From the NCBI GenBank assembly GCA_001784535.1, contig MFRJ01000046.1, positions 1 through 37,121 on the forward strand: a stretch of DNA of 37,121 nucleotides, written 5' to 3'. Position 1 is the first letter of the stretch. Each line of letters begins with the position of its first letter. This document shows, in pieces, positions 25,081 through 33,115 of the stretch. Position numbers and translations under genes: made by a program. A model generated the notes under the pieces. That model saw only the letters and a program-made list of their open reading frames with translations, was not told the DNA's origin and searched no databases. The DNA is from Candidatus Melainabacteria bacterium GWA2_34_9. Lineage in GTDB: Bacteria > Cyanobacteriota > Vampirovibrionia > Gastranaerophilales > UBA9971.

Positions 25081-26270
25081 GTAGAAACTTCTGATTCATT
25101 CTTATCTACATCTACAGAAGTATCAGATTCTTTGTTTTTATCTTTTCCAATTAAATATGCAGCAATTAAGGCAGTAATTGGTACGCAGAGGACTATTCCT
25201 ATACTGCCGGTGATTGCAGATGCAATTTCAGCCGCAATTGAGTTCAAATTAAGCAATTTTATCAAGGGTGCATTTGAGGCCAATAGAACAAGCGAGAAGG
25301 CGCCTCCAATGTAAGCGAGAATCAAAGTGTTGGACATAGCCCCCATGATGTCTTTTCCGACGTTTAAACCAGATCTAAAAAGGTCTTTTGTATTAAGTGT
25401 ATTATTTACATTTTTAAATTCATATATGCTACTTGCGATCGATATGCCTACATCCATTACTGCACCTAACGAAGCAATAATCATTCCCGCCGTTAAAAGC
25501 CCTGTATAGTCCAAATCAGGTCTATCTGCCCATAACATTACTGATTCCTGACTTCCAAAACCATTTAATGGCGCAAATTTTATTACAAGAGAGGACATTA
25601 ATCCTGCTATTATCACGCTTAAAATCGTACCAATTGAAGCAGATAAGCTTTTTAAATTTATTCCTGACACAATAAACATTGTTGCAAAAGTAGAAATTAT
25701 AGCTATAAACACTGTCATTAGTATTATCGGAAAGTTATTTAAAACAGCCGGAACCAGTACAAAAAATACAAGTACTACTGTTACCAAAATAGAAACTATT
25801 GACCTTAACCCCTGCATTCCTCCGATTATCATCAAGAGAGACAAAAATACTCCTACAAGTATCAATAAAACCGGAACTCTTTCCTGATCCGCAATATAAA
25901 AATCAACACCTTTAGGAGTTTCTTCAACACTTAAAATTACTCTGTTTCCTGCTTTAATTTTGATGTCATAAACAGGGTTAGAAGTAAGCTGATTATCGAT
26001 TTTTACAATTTTCCCTTTATACTTCCCACTTAAAACCAGCACTTTTACAGTTTGTGTAATTTGTTCTGTATGAAAAGAATCTTCAAGTTCTTTATTGACT
26101 TTTTCAGAAATAATCTGCAAAACTTTTCCGCTCGAATAGCTGACATTAGTACCAGAAGGAGCATCTGGACTGTCTTCCTGCGCAAATGCCGGCACTATAA
26201 AGTAAAAAATACAAAAAACAAGCAAAATTATCTTATTCAGATTGTTTTTATTCAAAAAAAACATTCTCAT
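25077..26270 (-). CDS. YibE/F family membrane protein
   Basis: 397 aa with a signal or anchor (ILLVFCIFYFIVPAFA), an extracytoplasmic beta-rich segment, then about 7 TM. The segments LGAVMDVGISIASSIYE and GKDIMGAMSNTLILAYIGG match my recollection of the YibE/F family. Its stop overlaps the mtaB stop by 4 nt in a convergent arrangement. Confidence 0.7.
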   Translation of the reverse strand: MRMFFLNKNNLNKIILLVFCIFYFIVPAFAQEDSPDAPSGTNVSYSSGKVLQIISEKVNKELEDSFHTEQITQTVKVLVLSGKYKGKIVKIDNQLTSNPVYDIKIKAGNRVILSVEETPKGVDFYIADQERVPVLLILVGVFLSLLMIIGGMQGLRSIVSILVTVVLVFFVLVPAVLNNFPIILMTVFIAIISTFATMFIVSGINLKSLSASIGTILSVIIAGLMSSLVIKFAPLNGFGSQESVMLWADRPDLDYTGLLTAGMIIASLGAVMDVGISIASSIYEFKNVNNTLNTKDLFRSGLNVGKDIMGAMSNTLILAYIGGAFSLVLLASNAPLIKLLNLNSIAAEIASAITGSIGIVLCVPITALIAAYLIGKDKNKESDTSVDVDKNESEVST

Positions 26271-26283
26271 TTTTCCTTAAAGA

Positions 26284-27363
26284 TTAAAACAAACCTTTTT
26301 GAATGGAAGAAACAGGATACCCGAGATGCCTGTATGCCTCAGGAGAAGCTTTTCTTCCTCTTGGTGTTCTCGAAATAAACCCCGCCTGTAATAAATAAGG
26401 CTCGTAAACATCTTCTATAGTTCTTACATCTTCTCCAAGTGCTACTGCGATTGTTTCTATCCCAACAGGACCACCGTCATATTTTTCTATAAGAAGCTTT
26501 AAAATTTCTCTATCTGTAATATCAAGACCAAATTTATCAACTTTTAATAGATCCATAGCACTGTTGGCAACTTCAGACGTAATAATTCCATCTGCTTTAA
26601 CCTGCGCATAATCTCTGATTCTTTTCAGCATCCTATTTGCAATTCTAGGAGTTGCTCTTGAACGGGAAGCTACAGTATAAGCTCCATCTTCGGTTATTTT
26701 AGCATTTAAAATCCCTGCCGTTCTTTTTACAATAAAAGTTAGTTCTTCTTTTGTATAAAATTCAAGCCTGTGTACTATGCCAAATCTATCTCTTAATGGT
26801 CCTGAAAGAGAACCTGCTTTTGTAGTTGCACCAACAAGAGTGAATTTTGGAACAGGAACTCTTAATGTCTTTGCAGTATGACCTTTTCCTATAGTTCTAT
26901 CTATAGAGAAATCTTCCATTGCAGGATAAAGAATCTCCTCTGCTAATTTATTAAGCCTGTGAATTTCGTCTATAAAAAGAAATTCATTTGGTTTTAGGCT
27001 CATTAAAATTCCTATTAAATCTCTCGGTCTTTCAAGAGCAGGAGCAGCTGTTGTTTTAATTCTTGAACCCATTTCATTAGCAATTACAGCCGCTAAAGTT
27101 GTTTTTCCAAGCCCTGGGGGACCGTAAAAAAGCAAGTGGTCAAGCGGTTCATTTCTTTTTTGAGCAGCTTCCAAACTAATTTTAAGTGTTTCTTTAAGCT
27201 GGGACTGACCTATATATTCATCAAGAGTTTTAGGTCTTATATTATTTTCAAAATTCATGTCAAATTCATTTTCAGCCGGCAATACAGCTTCTCTGGATGA
27301 ATTTTTTTTATTATCACTTATATCGGATTTTTGTAGACTTTCACCTTCTGATATAATAGCCAA
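26284..27363 (-). CDS. ruvB: Holliday junction DNA helicase RuvB
   Basis: 359 aa with [12 protein letters not shown], Walker [15 protein letters not shown], Walker [31 protein letters not shown] and [14 protein letters not shown]. The ORF-track start at 27363 is TTG. The true start may lie further downstream, because the N-terminal 41 aa before IRP is longer than in E. coli RuvB. Confidence 0.95.
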   Translation of the reverse strand: MAIISEGESLQKSDISDNKKNSSREAVLPAENEFDMNFENNIRPKTLDEYIGQSQLKETLKISLEAAQKRNEPLDHLLFYGPPGLGKTTLAAVIANEMGSRIKTTAAPALERPRDLIGILMSLKPNEFLFIDEIHRLNKLAEEILYPAMEDFSIDRTIGKGHTAKTLRVPVPKFTLVGATTKAGSLSGPLRDRFGIVHRLEFYTKEELTFIVKRTAGILNAKITEDGAYTVASRSRATPRIANRMLKRIRDYAQVKADGIITSEVANSAMDLLKVDKFGLDITDREILKLLIEKYDGGPVGIETIAVALGEDVRTIEDVYEPYLLQAGFISRTPRGRKASPEAYRHLGYPVSSIQKGLF

Positions 27364-27433
27364 GTTCTTAATCCTTTTTGCTTTTATATTGATGATTAAT
27401 ATTATATCTGAAAATTTTAATCAATCATACTTA

Positions 27434-27481
27434 AAAAAATAATAAACTCCGGATCAGCATTCCAGAGTTTATTATTTTTTT
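27434..27481 (-). terminator. bidirectional-looking Rho-independent terminator downstream of rlpA
   Basis: AATAAACTC (27441-27449) pairs with GAGTTTATT (27466-27474), with further CC/GG pairs inside. The stem is flanked by A6 on one side and T7 on the other. It lies 17-60 nt past the rlpA stop on the minus strand. Confidence 0.6.
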
Positions 27482-27497
27482 ATATTATTTGTTTAAC

Positions 27498-28382
27498 TTA
27501 AACTTTGCCTAGTACTTCAACTTTAACTCTAGATACACCCGAGGAAAGCATGCCTATTTCACTTGCTGCCACTTTTGAAAGGTCAATAATTCTACCTCTG
27601 ATAAATGGTCCTCTGTCAGTGATTTTCACAATACATTTTTTGCCGTTATACAGGTTTGTTACTTGAACTACTGTGCCGAACGGAAGATTTTTATGTGCTG
27701 CGGTAAATTTATTATTACTGAAAACGCTTCCGTCAGCTGCAGATCTGCCATGAAATTTTCCACCGTACCAGGAAGCAAATCCTGTTTGCATAAAATCACC
27801 GTATTTTTGAACAAACGTTTCAGGTGTTTTCTTGATTGATCCTGTGAGCAATTGAAAATCTCTTACGATTCTTGCAACTCCTAATGAATCTCTTATATTA
27901 TTTACCCATATAAAAGCAAGCTCTGATGGGGTCATTCCGTATTCTTTAGCAATACTTGAATCTACAGTAAATAATACCTTGTTATTGATTCTAATAATAC
28001 CTGACCCGCTTTTAAAATCAGGAATTATATTTTCAGGATTTTCACCTGATTTAATAATACTATTTAAATTTTCTGCAACTATTTTAGCTCTTTGCTCTGT
28101 TGATAAACCACCGGCAGGATTGGTAATTCTTAATACTTCATTTTCTCCTATGTAAACAGAAACCGGTGTATATTCACCTTTTTTCTCTTTACTAAAAACA
28201 TATCTTGCTTTAATGAAATTACCTACAGGGTTATCATTTTTTGTTGAATGATAAATCGCGGATTTGTCATTGTTTGTTGCTGTTTCGGTAGTACTTGTTG
28301 CTACCGAATAAGAATAGCCTGTCAAAAATATAGTTAAAAAGGTTAAAGTTATTGCTAAACAGATACTCTTTCGACTTTTCAT
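27498..28382 (-). CDS. rlpA: RlpA-family septal ring lytic transglycosylase-like protein
   Basis: 294 aa with an N-terminal signal (ICLAITLTFLTIFLTGYS). The C-terminal double-psi beta-barrel is GFASWYGGKFHGRSAADGSVFSNNKFTAAHKNLPFGTVVQVTNLYNGKKCIVKITDRGPFIRGRIIDLS. Confidence 0.85.
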   Translation of the reverse strand: MKSRKSICLAITLTFLTIFLTGYSYSVATSTTETATNNDKSAIYHSTKNDNPVGNFIKARYVFSKEKKGEYTPVSVYIGENEVLRITNPAGGLSTEQRAKIVAENLNSIIKSGENPENIIPDFKSGSGIIRINNKVLFTVDSSIAKEYGMTPSELAFIWVNNIRDSLGVARIVRDFQLLTGSIKKTPETFVQKYGDFMQTGFASWYGGKFHGRSAADGSVFSNNKFTAAHKNLPFGTVVQVTNLYNGKKCIVKITDRGPFIRGRIIDLSKVAASEIGMLSSGVSRVKVEVLGKV

Positions 28383-28581
28383 ATTTTTAAACTCTCTTTT
28401 TGTAACCTTGATTCTCTTATTAAATTTGGTGATAAAGAACTGTCAAGTTCAACAGGGCATAATTCAAAAAATAGCAAACTCCAAGCCCTGTAAGAAAAAT
28501 CTTATTTTTGTTTTTATATACAAAAAGAGGTCTTATACTTTTTTTTGAATTTGAATTTCCCTGATTATAAAAGGGGAAAAA

Positions 28582-28667
28582 CCATAAATTGTTTTTATAA
28601 TAATAATGGATAAATAAAAATGCTTAACATTTTGTTACAAATCTATTTTTTAAAAAACAATTTATGG
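28582..28667. repeat. perfect 15-nt inverted repeat with 56-nt spacer in a gene-free spacer
   Basis: CCATAAATTGTTTTT (28582-28596) and its exact reverse complement AAAAACAATTTATGG (28653-28667), read directly from the sequence. Confidence 0.8.
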
Positions 28668-28825
28668 GTGCAAGCAACTAATTTTAAAAGATATAAAGAT
28701 TTTACACAGCTATTTTGTTAGTATTAAATATACATTCAAGAAACATGTAATACTTCTTTGTTTTATTGGACAAGGTAAAACATCTATCGATTTTAAAAAT
28801 GGATATTGTAATTGGTTTTAGACAA

Positions 28826-28851
28826 ATTCAGCGGACTAAAGTCCGCTGAAT
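28826..28851 (-). terminator. perfect GC-containing hairpin downstream of the HEAT-repeat gene (probable terminator)
   Basis: ATTCAGCGGACT-aa-AGTCCGCTGAAT is a 12-nt perfect palindromic arm pair lying 42 nt past the stop at 28893 on the minus strand. No strong U-run follows on either strand, so it may instead be a protein-binding palindrome or a processing site. Confidence 0.5.
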
Positions 28852-28892
28852 AATAGGTATTTAAAATTATAAATTACGATAAGCTTATATAA

Positions 28893-30161
28893 TTAAACTT
28901 TTGCAAGTTTGTCCTGAACAAAAGCCTGTAAATTAGGGTCTTTAATCCTTGATAAAAGAATATTTTTATCAATTTGTCCGGTTTTTCCTATTTTTGCAAG
29001 CGCAGAAATAGCCTCACAAACAACAGCTTCATTTTCATCCTGTTTTAAAGCCACCCTGATTAAATGAGGTGCACTATCTTCTAGCCCAAGCTCATTAATT
29101 ACAGTCAATGCTGCAAGTTTTCTCTTGGTATCATCTGTATTAAGCTCTTTATAGAGATTATGAATTTGCTTATCCCAAAAATCTTCTTCTTCATAAATCA
29201 ACAAATGATAAATTTCGTCAAGTTCAGCAAGAATATCTCTTTCTTCGTCATAAGTATACTGAGAATTTTCCATGAACATTGAAAATTTCTGTCTTGCTTT
29301 AATTAAAAGCTGGGCATATTTGCCATCAAGCGAATCTTCTGTATCCTCTGTCTCTTTTTTTACAAGATTTATGAGGCTTTCCATACATTCAAAAATTTTA
29401 AAATCAAGAATAACTCCCATAGGCCAGATTTCAGGGATCCCTGTAATTATGTTATCCAGCGCCTCAAGCGCTAACAATTTTGTTTTTTCATCTTTTGCTA
29501 AAAATAAAGTATGTATATCAGTTAACATAGCTATTTCACCGGCAATCAGTTCTGCCATGTTTGAACTGGACATGGCTTCCAATATAGCTATTGTGGCTTC
29601 CTGATTACCATAATTTGCAAGAAATTGTGCTGCTTCTATCTTTTCCCATTCGTCATCTGATTTAAGAGTGTTTAAATAAAATTCGTAAGACTGTTTGTGT
29701 TCCAGATTGCCTAATGCTTCCGCCACATTATTTCTAAGTGGCAAATAATATTTTTTCGAAGCTTCAAATAAGGCTTCTGCTGCTTCAGGTTCATTTACAT
29801 GACAAAAATATCTTGCTGCATAAGTTTGCTCTTCAACAGTACCATTTTTAAGAATCTCTATCATTTTATAATTTAACTCGGGTGATGAAAATTTACTTAA
29901 AGCCTCAGCTATATAGTCATCCCAGTCACCTTCATGTTTTTTAAAAAGATTAAATACGTTTTCTAAATTATCTTTATTTATCGCCTGAATTAGCATTTGT
30001 CCTGCTTTTTCTTTTATATAACTAAAAAGAACATCCGTGTTTTCCATTAAACACTGCCATGCTTCAATATCAGAATTGTTTATAATACTTTCAGCAGCCC
30101 TGCGAGCTTTTTCATTATTTTTACCCAACAACTCAGATGTGGTCGAATTTGGTAAATTCAT
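28893..30161 (-). CDS. HEAT/armadillo-like repeat protein
   Basis: 422 aa, all-helical and acidic. It has recurring HEAT-like units: EEQTYAARYFCHVNEPEAAEALFEA, RNNVAEALGNLEH, EKIEAAQFLANYGNQEATIAIL, KLLALEALDNI, and NEAVVCEAISALAKIG. No catalytic motif is recognised. Confidence 0.55.
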   Translation of the reverse strand: MNLPNSTTSELLGKNNEKARRAAESIINNSDIEAWQCLMENTDVLFSYIKEKAGQMLIQAINKDNLENVFNLFKKHEGDWDDYIAEALSKFSSPELNYKMIEILKNGTVEEQTYAARYFCHVNEPEAAEALFEASKKYYLPLRNNVAEALGNLEHKQSYEFYLNTLKSDDEWEKIEAAQFLANYGNQEATIAILEAMSSSNMAELIAGEIAMLTDIHTLFLAKDEKTKLLALEALDNIITGIPEIWPMGVILDFKIFECMESLINLVKKETEDTEDSLDGKYAQLLIKARQKFSMFMENSQYTYDEERDILAELDEIYHLLIYEEEDFWDKQIHNLYKELNTDDTKRKLAALTVINELGLEDSAPHLIRVALKQDENEAVVCEAISALAKIGKTGQIDKNILLSRIKDPNLQAFVQDKLAKV

Positions 30162-30343
30162 TAAAATACTCCGTTAAGTAATAACATTATTTTAAATTTT
30201 ACCACTATTAAAGAATAAGGAATAAAGAAAATTTTTATTAAATACTTACTCCCAAATATATAAACATGTGGTTAATAAGACCTAAAAAAACTTCGTGTTA
30301 ACATAACCAGCACCATAAGAAAAAGCAGGTAAATTTCAGAATA

Positions 30344-31099
30344 ATGTATAGAAGTGCAGTAGAGCAAATAGGAGAAGGGGGCATAAATTTAATTAAAACC
30401 TTCTGGTATATTTCCAGAGGGAAAATTAATTATGAAGAAGTTGCCAGACAAATAGTAACCACAGGAATCGGTTCATTATTTATCGCATCAATAACTGCTT
30501 CTTTTGTCGGACTTGTTCTGACTTTACAGATTTCAAACCAACTACGACAATTTGGAGCTGAACATTTTATAGGCGCAATTGTTTCAAGTTCAGCAATAAG
30601 AGAATTAGGTCCTATAATTTCTGCTATAGTTGTATCAGGAAGAGTAGGGTCTGCTGTTTCAGCAGAAATAGGGAGCATGAAGTCATCTGAACAAATAGAT
30701 GCTCTTATTGTATTTGGAATAGATCCTGTGAGATATTTAATAGTTCCAAGATTATTGGCTTCAGCGATAATTACTCCATTATTATGTTCATTATCAACTT
30801 TTCTTTGTATTATGTCTGGAATGGTTCTTGCAAATTCAGCATTTAATCTTAGTTTTGATACTTATTTGGATACAGTAAGATTAGTCAATACTACTTATGA
30901 TGTTTCTGTAATGCTCTTAAAAGCCTGCATTTTTGGAATTACAATAGCAATTGTTGCAACGACTACAGGTCTTCAGGTCAGAGGCGGAGCAGAAGCTGTA
31001 GGTGAAGCCGCTACAAAAACTGTGGTATGGAATTATATTCTTATTTTTATCTTTAATTATTTTATTAGTTCTTATTTCTTTAGGGTTGGTTATGAATAA
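30344..31099 (+). CDS. mlaE: MlaE-family ABC transporter permease
   Basis: 251 aa with GIGSLFIASITASFVGLVLTLQ, AIRELGPIISAIVVSGRVGSAVSAEIGSMKSSEQIDAL and IVPRLLASAIITPLL, which are characteristic of MlaE/TGD1. Confidence 0.9.
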   Translation: MYRSAVEQIGEGGINLIKTFWYISRGKINYEEVARQIVTTGIGSLFIASITASFVGLVLTLQISNQLRQFGAEHFIGAIVSSSAIRELGPIISAIVVSGRVGSAVSAEIGSMKSSEQIDALIVFGIDPVRYLIVPRLLASAIITPLLCSLSTFLCIMSGMVLANSAFNLSFDTYLDTVRLVNTTYDVSVMLLKACIFGITIAIVATTTGLQVRGGAEAVGEAATKTVVWNYILIFIFNYFISSYFFRVGYE

Positions 31100-31823
31100 T
31101 TTTGACAAAAACGAACCTATAGTAAGTTTTAAAAATGTTTGTGTAGCTTTTAAAAACACGCGTGTGTTAAAAGACCTCTCTTTTGATATATATCCGGGAG
31201 AAATTGTAACTATAGCAGGTCCTTCCGGTTCAGGAAAAAGTACTATTTTAAAACTCTTAGGAAATATTATTCGTATGGATTCAGGAGAAATAGTTGTTAA
31301 CGCCTCAAGACTAGGCATGGCTTTTCAAAAAAGCGCACTTTTTAATTCTATGACCATCTGGAAAAACGTAGCTCTGGCTCTTGAAGAAACAACCAATTTA
31401 AGCAAAAAAAAAATAAGAAAAAAAGTAAAAGAAACTCTTGAAATGGTTTCCCTTTCTTATACAGAAAATATGTATCCTGATGAACTTTCGGGAGGAATGC
31501 AAAAAAGAATAAGTATAGCAAGAGCGCTTGTAGTTTCTCCTGAAATAATTCTTTATGACGAACCAAGCACCGGACTTGACCCGGGCATAGCATCAAAACT
31601 TGAAGATGACATGATTAAACTTCGTGATAAAACAGGGGTTACATCAATAGTAGTAACACACGATGTTGAAACAATTAAGAAAGTTTCAGATAGAGTATTA
31701 GTTCTTTATGACGGAAAAATAAAATGGGAAGGAACAAAAAATGAATTTATAACCGATAATTCTCCATATCCGAGAAGTTTTCGGGAAAGATGTACTATTG
31801 AAGATCTTTTATCCCAAACTTAA
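31092..31823 (+). CDS. mlaF: MlaF-type ABC transporter ATP-binding protein
   Basis: It has Walker A GPSGSGKST, the signature LSGGMQKRISIARAL, Walker B ILYDEPSTGLDP and the H-loop VVTHD. I place the start at ATG 31092 (MNNFDKNEPIVSF), which overlaps the mlaE stop (ATGAATAA). The ORF-track start at 31002 would add a hydrophobic out-of-frame read-through of the mlaE 3' end. Confidence 0.9.
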   Translation: MNNFDKNEPIVSFKNVCVAFKNTRVLKDLSFDIYPGEIVTIAGPSGSGKSTILKLLGNIIRMDSGEIVVNASRLGMAFQKSALFNSMTIWKNVALALEETTNLSKKKIRKKVKETLEMVSLSYTENMYPDELSGGMQKRISIARALVVSPEIILYDEPSTGLDPGIASKLEDDMIKLRDKTGVTSIVVTHDVETIKKVSDRVLVLYDGKIKWEGTKNEFITDNSPYPRSFRERCTIEDLLSQT

Positions 31824-31916
31824 AATTTTTCAAAAATGTGTCATACAGTTATAAAATGAAGCGAAAAAACTCGAAAATATAACTATAATCAATACAAAAG
31901 GCGGAGGCATTTGTTT

Positions 31917-33005
31917 ATGCTAAAAAAATCAGACAGTAAAAATATTATGTTCAAGGCAGGCTTATTTATAATTTTTACTTTGTCATTGTTAATATTCTCA
32001 ATTTTATGGCTTAGATTTTTTTCATTAATCCCTGATAAAACAATCATAGTAAAATTTGCGGAAATCGGACCTGTTTCTACAGGTATTCCTGTATATTATC
32101 ACGGTGTTAATATTGGAAAAGTGAGTGAACTGAATTTTTCTGATGATTACAAATATACTTTGGTCACAGCTTTAATATACAAAAAAAACCTGAATTTGCC
32201 TAAAAATGTTTATGCAGAAATCCGAACAACAGGACTTACCGGTCAATTATATTTGGAAATTTTATATCCTGATAAACCGTCCAAACAAACGCTTAAAGAC
32301 GTTGATACTATAGAAGGACGACTTTCTGCGATTCAACTCGCACAAAAAGATCTGCGTTACATAGTTAAAAAGGGAATGATTAAAAGTATTGCAACAGGAG
32401 CTACTGATACAACTAAAAATGCTTCTGAAGCAAGTAAAAAATTGACCCGGGTTCTTACACTTACAGAAGAAATCCTAAATTCTAATCGGAATGATATTAG
32501 AACATTTGTCAGTGAAGCATCTTTAAGTGCAAGTGATTTTCATGTAGCAAGTGCTTCCATAAAAAATCTGTCCACTTCACCTGAATTACAACAAAATATA
32601 AAATCATCCGCATCTTATATACCAAAAAGTTCAAAGAAACTGGATAATATAACTGCTAATATAAATAAAATTACTGTTGACATAGATAAAGTTACAGGAA
32701 ATCCTAAATTTCAGGAAGGTTTAATCAAGACAATTTCTGGAATAGGAAATATATCAGAAAGTCTTGATAAAGGAGATTTGAACTGTTTAATCAAAAAAAC
32801 GTTGGAAGATACAGACAGAACGATTAACAGATATGACTGTATTGGAGGAAGTTTTAGTGAAATGATGAGTGAAAGATTTTTGCTCATGAGGCTTATGTTT
32901 GGAAAACCCGGAAAAAGTTTTCAAAAATGCACTAATTTGCAGTGTATTGAAGAAGAAAATTCCAAGTTAAACTCATGCCCTGCTTATTCCTGTCCAAACA
33001 GGTAA
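31917..33005 (+). CDS. mlaD: MlaD/MCE-domain protein with long C-terminal extension ending in a Cys-rich tail
   Basis: It has an N-terminal TM (AGLFIIFTLSLLIFSILWL). The MCE domain has IIVKFAEIGPVSTGIPVYYHGVNIGKVSEL...YAEIRTTGLTGQLYLEI. The ATG at 31917 lies 9 nt after GGAGG, whereas the ORF-track TTG at 31911 is only 3 nt after it. The tail carries 6 Cys in the last 65 aa, as ...CLIKK...YDCIGG...KCTNLQCIEEENSKLNSCPAYSCPNR. Confidence 0.85.
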   Translation: MLKKSDSKNIMFKAGLFIIFTLSLLIFSILWLRFFSLIPDKTIIVKFAEIGPVSTGIPVYYHGVNIGKVSELNFSDDYKYTLVTALIYKKNLNLPKNVYAEIRTTGLTGQLYLEILYPDKPSKQTLKDVDTIEGRLSAIQLAQKDLRYIVKKGMIKSIATGATDTTKNASEASKKLTRVLTLTEEILNSNRNDIRTFVSEASLSASDFHVASASIKNLSTSPELQQNIKSSASYIPKSSKKLDNITANINKITVDIDKVTGNPKFQEGLIKTISGIGNISESLDKGDLNCLIKKTLEDTDRTINRYDCIGGSFSEMMSERFLLMRLMFGKPGKSFQKCTNLQCIEEENSKLNSCPAYSCPNR

Positions 33006-33115
33006 AAAAATTAACATAAATTTATATAAATATTGTTTTTTCATAAAAAAAGCAATTTCTTTCCAAAATCTGTTTTTAATTAATTAAGGACTACTTATGG
33101 AAAGAAATTGGAAAG

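Noticed and set aside
25132-26378. Plus-strand ORFs 25132..25314, 25327..25509 and 26052..26378, opposite the YibE/F gene and the ruvB 3' end. Also 29272..29604, opposite the HEAT gene.
   Set aside because: They are antisense shadows of longer, better-supported genes.
31002-31091. The upstream start for mlaF given by the ORF track (MKPLQKLWYGIIFLFLSL...).
   Set aside because: This extension is an out-of-frame read of the mlaE 3' end. ATG 31092 gives the normal ABC ATPase N-terminus (about 30 aa before Walker A) and a typical ATGAATAA overlap with the mlaE stop.
31404-31413. An A10 homopolymer inside mlaF, considered as a possible phase-variation tract.
   Set aside because: It encodes a Lys-rich linker (SKKKIRKKVKE) in an essential-type ABC ATPase. 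A8-A10 runs recur elsewhere in this AT-rich window, for example near 19900, 21705 and 24870, so it is most likely compositional.
30430-31596. Minus-strand ORFs 30430..30678, 30917..31318 and 31348..31596 across mlaE/mlaF.
   Set aside because: They are antisense to strongly supported Mla genes and contain no motifs.
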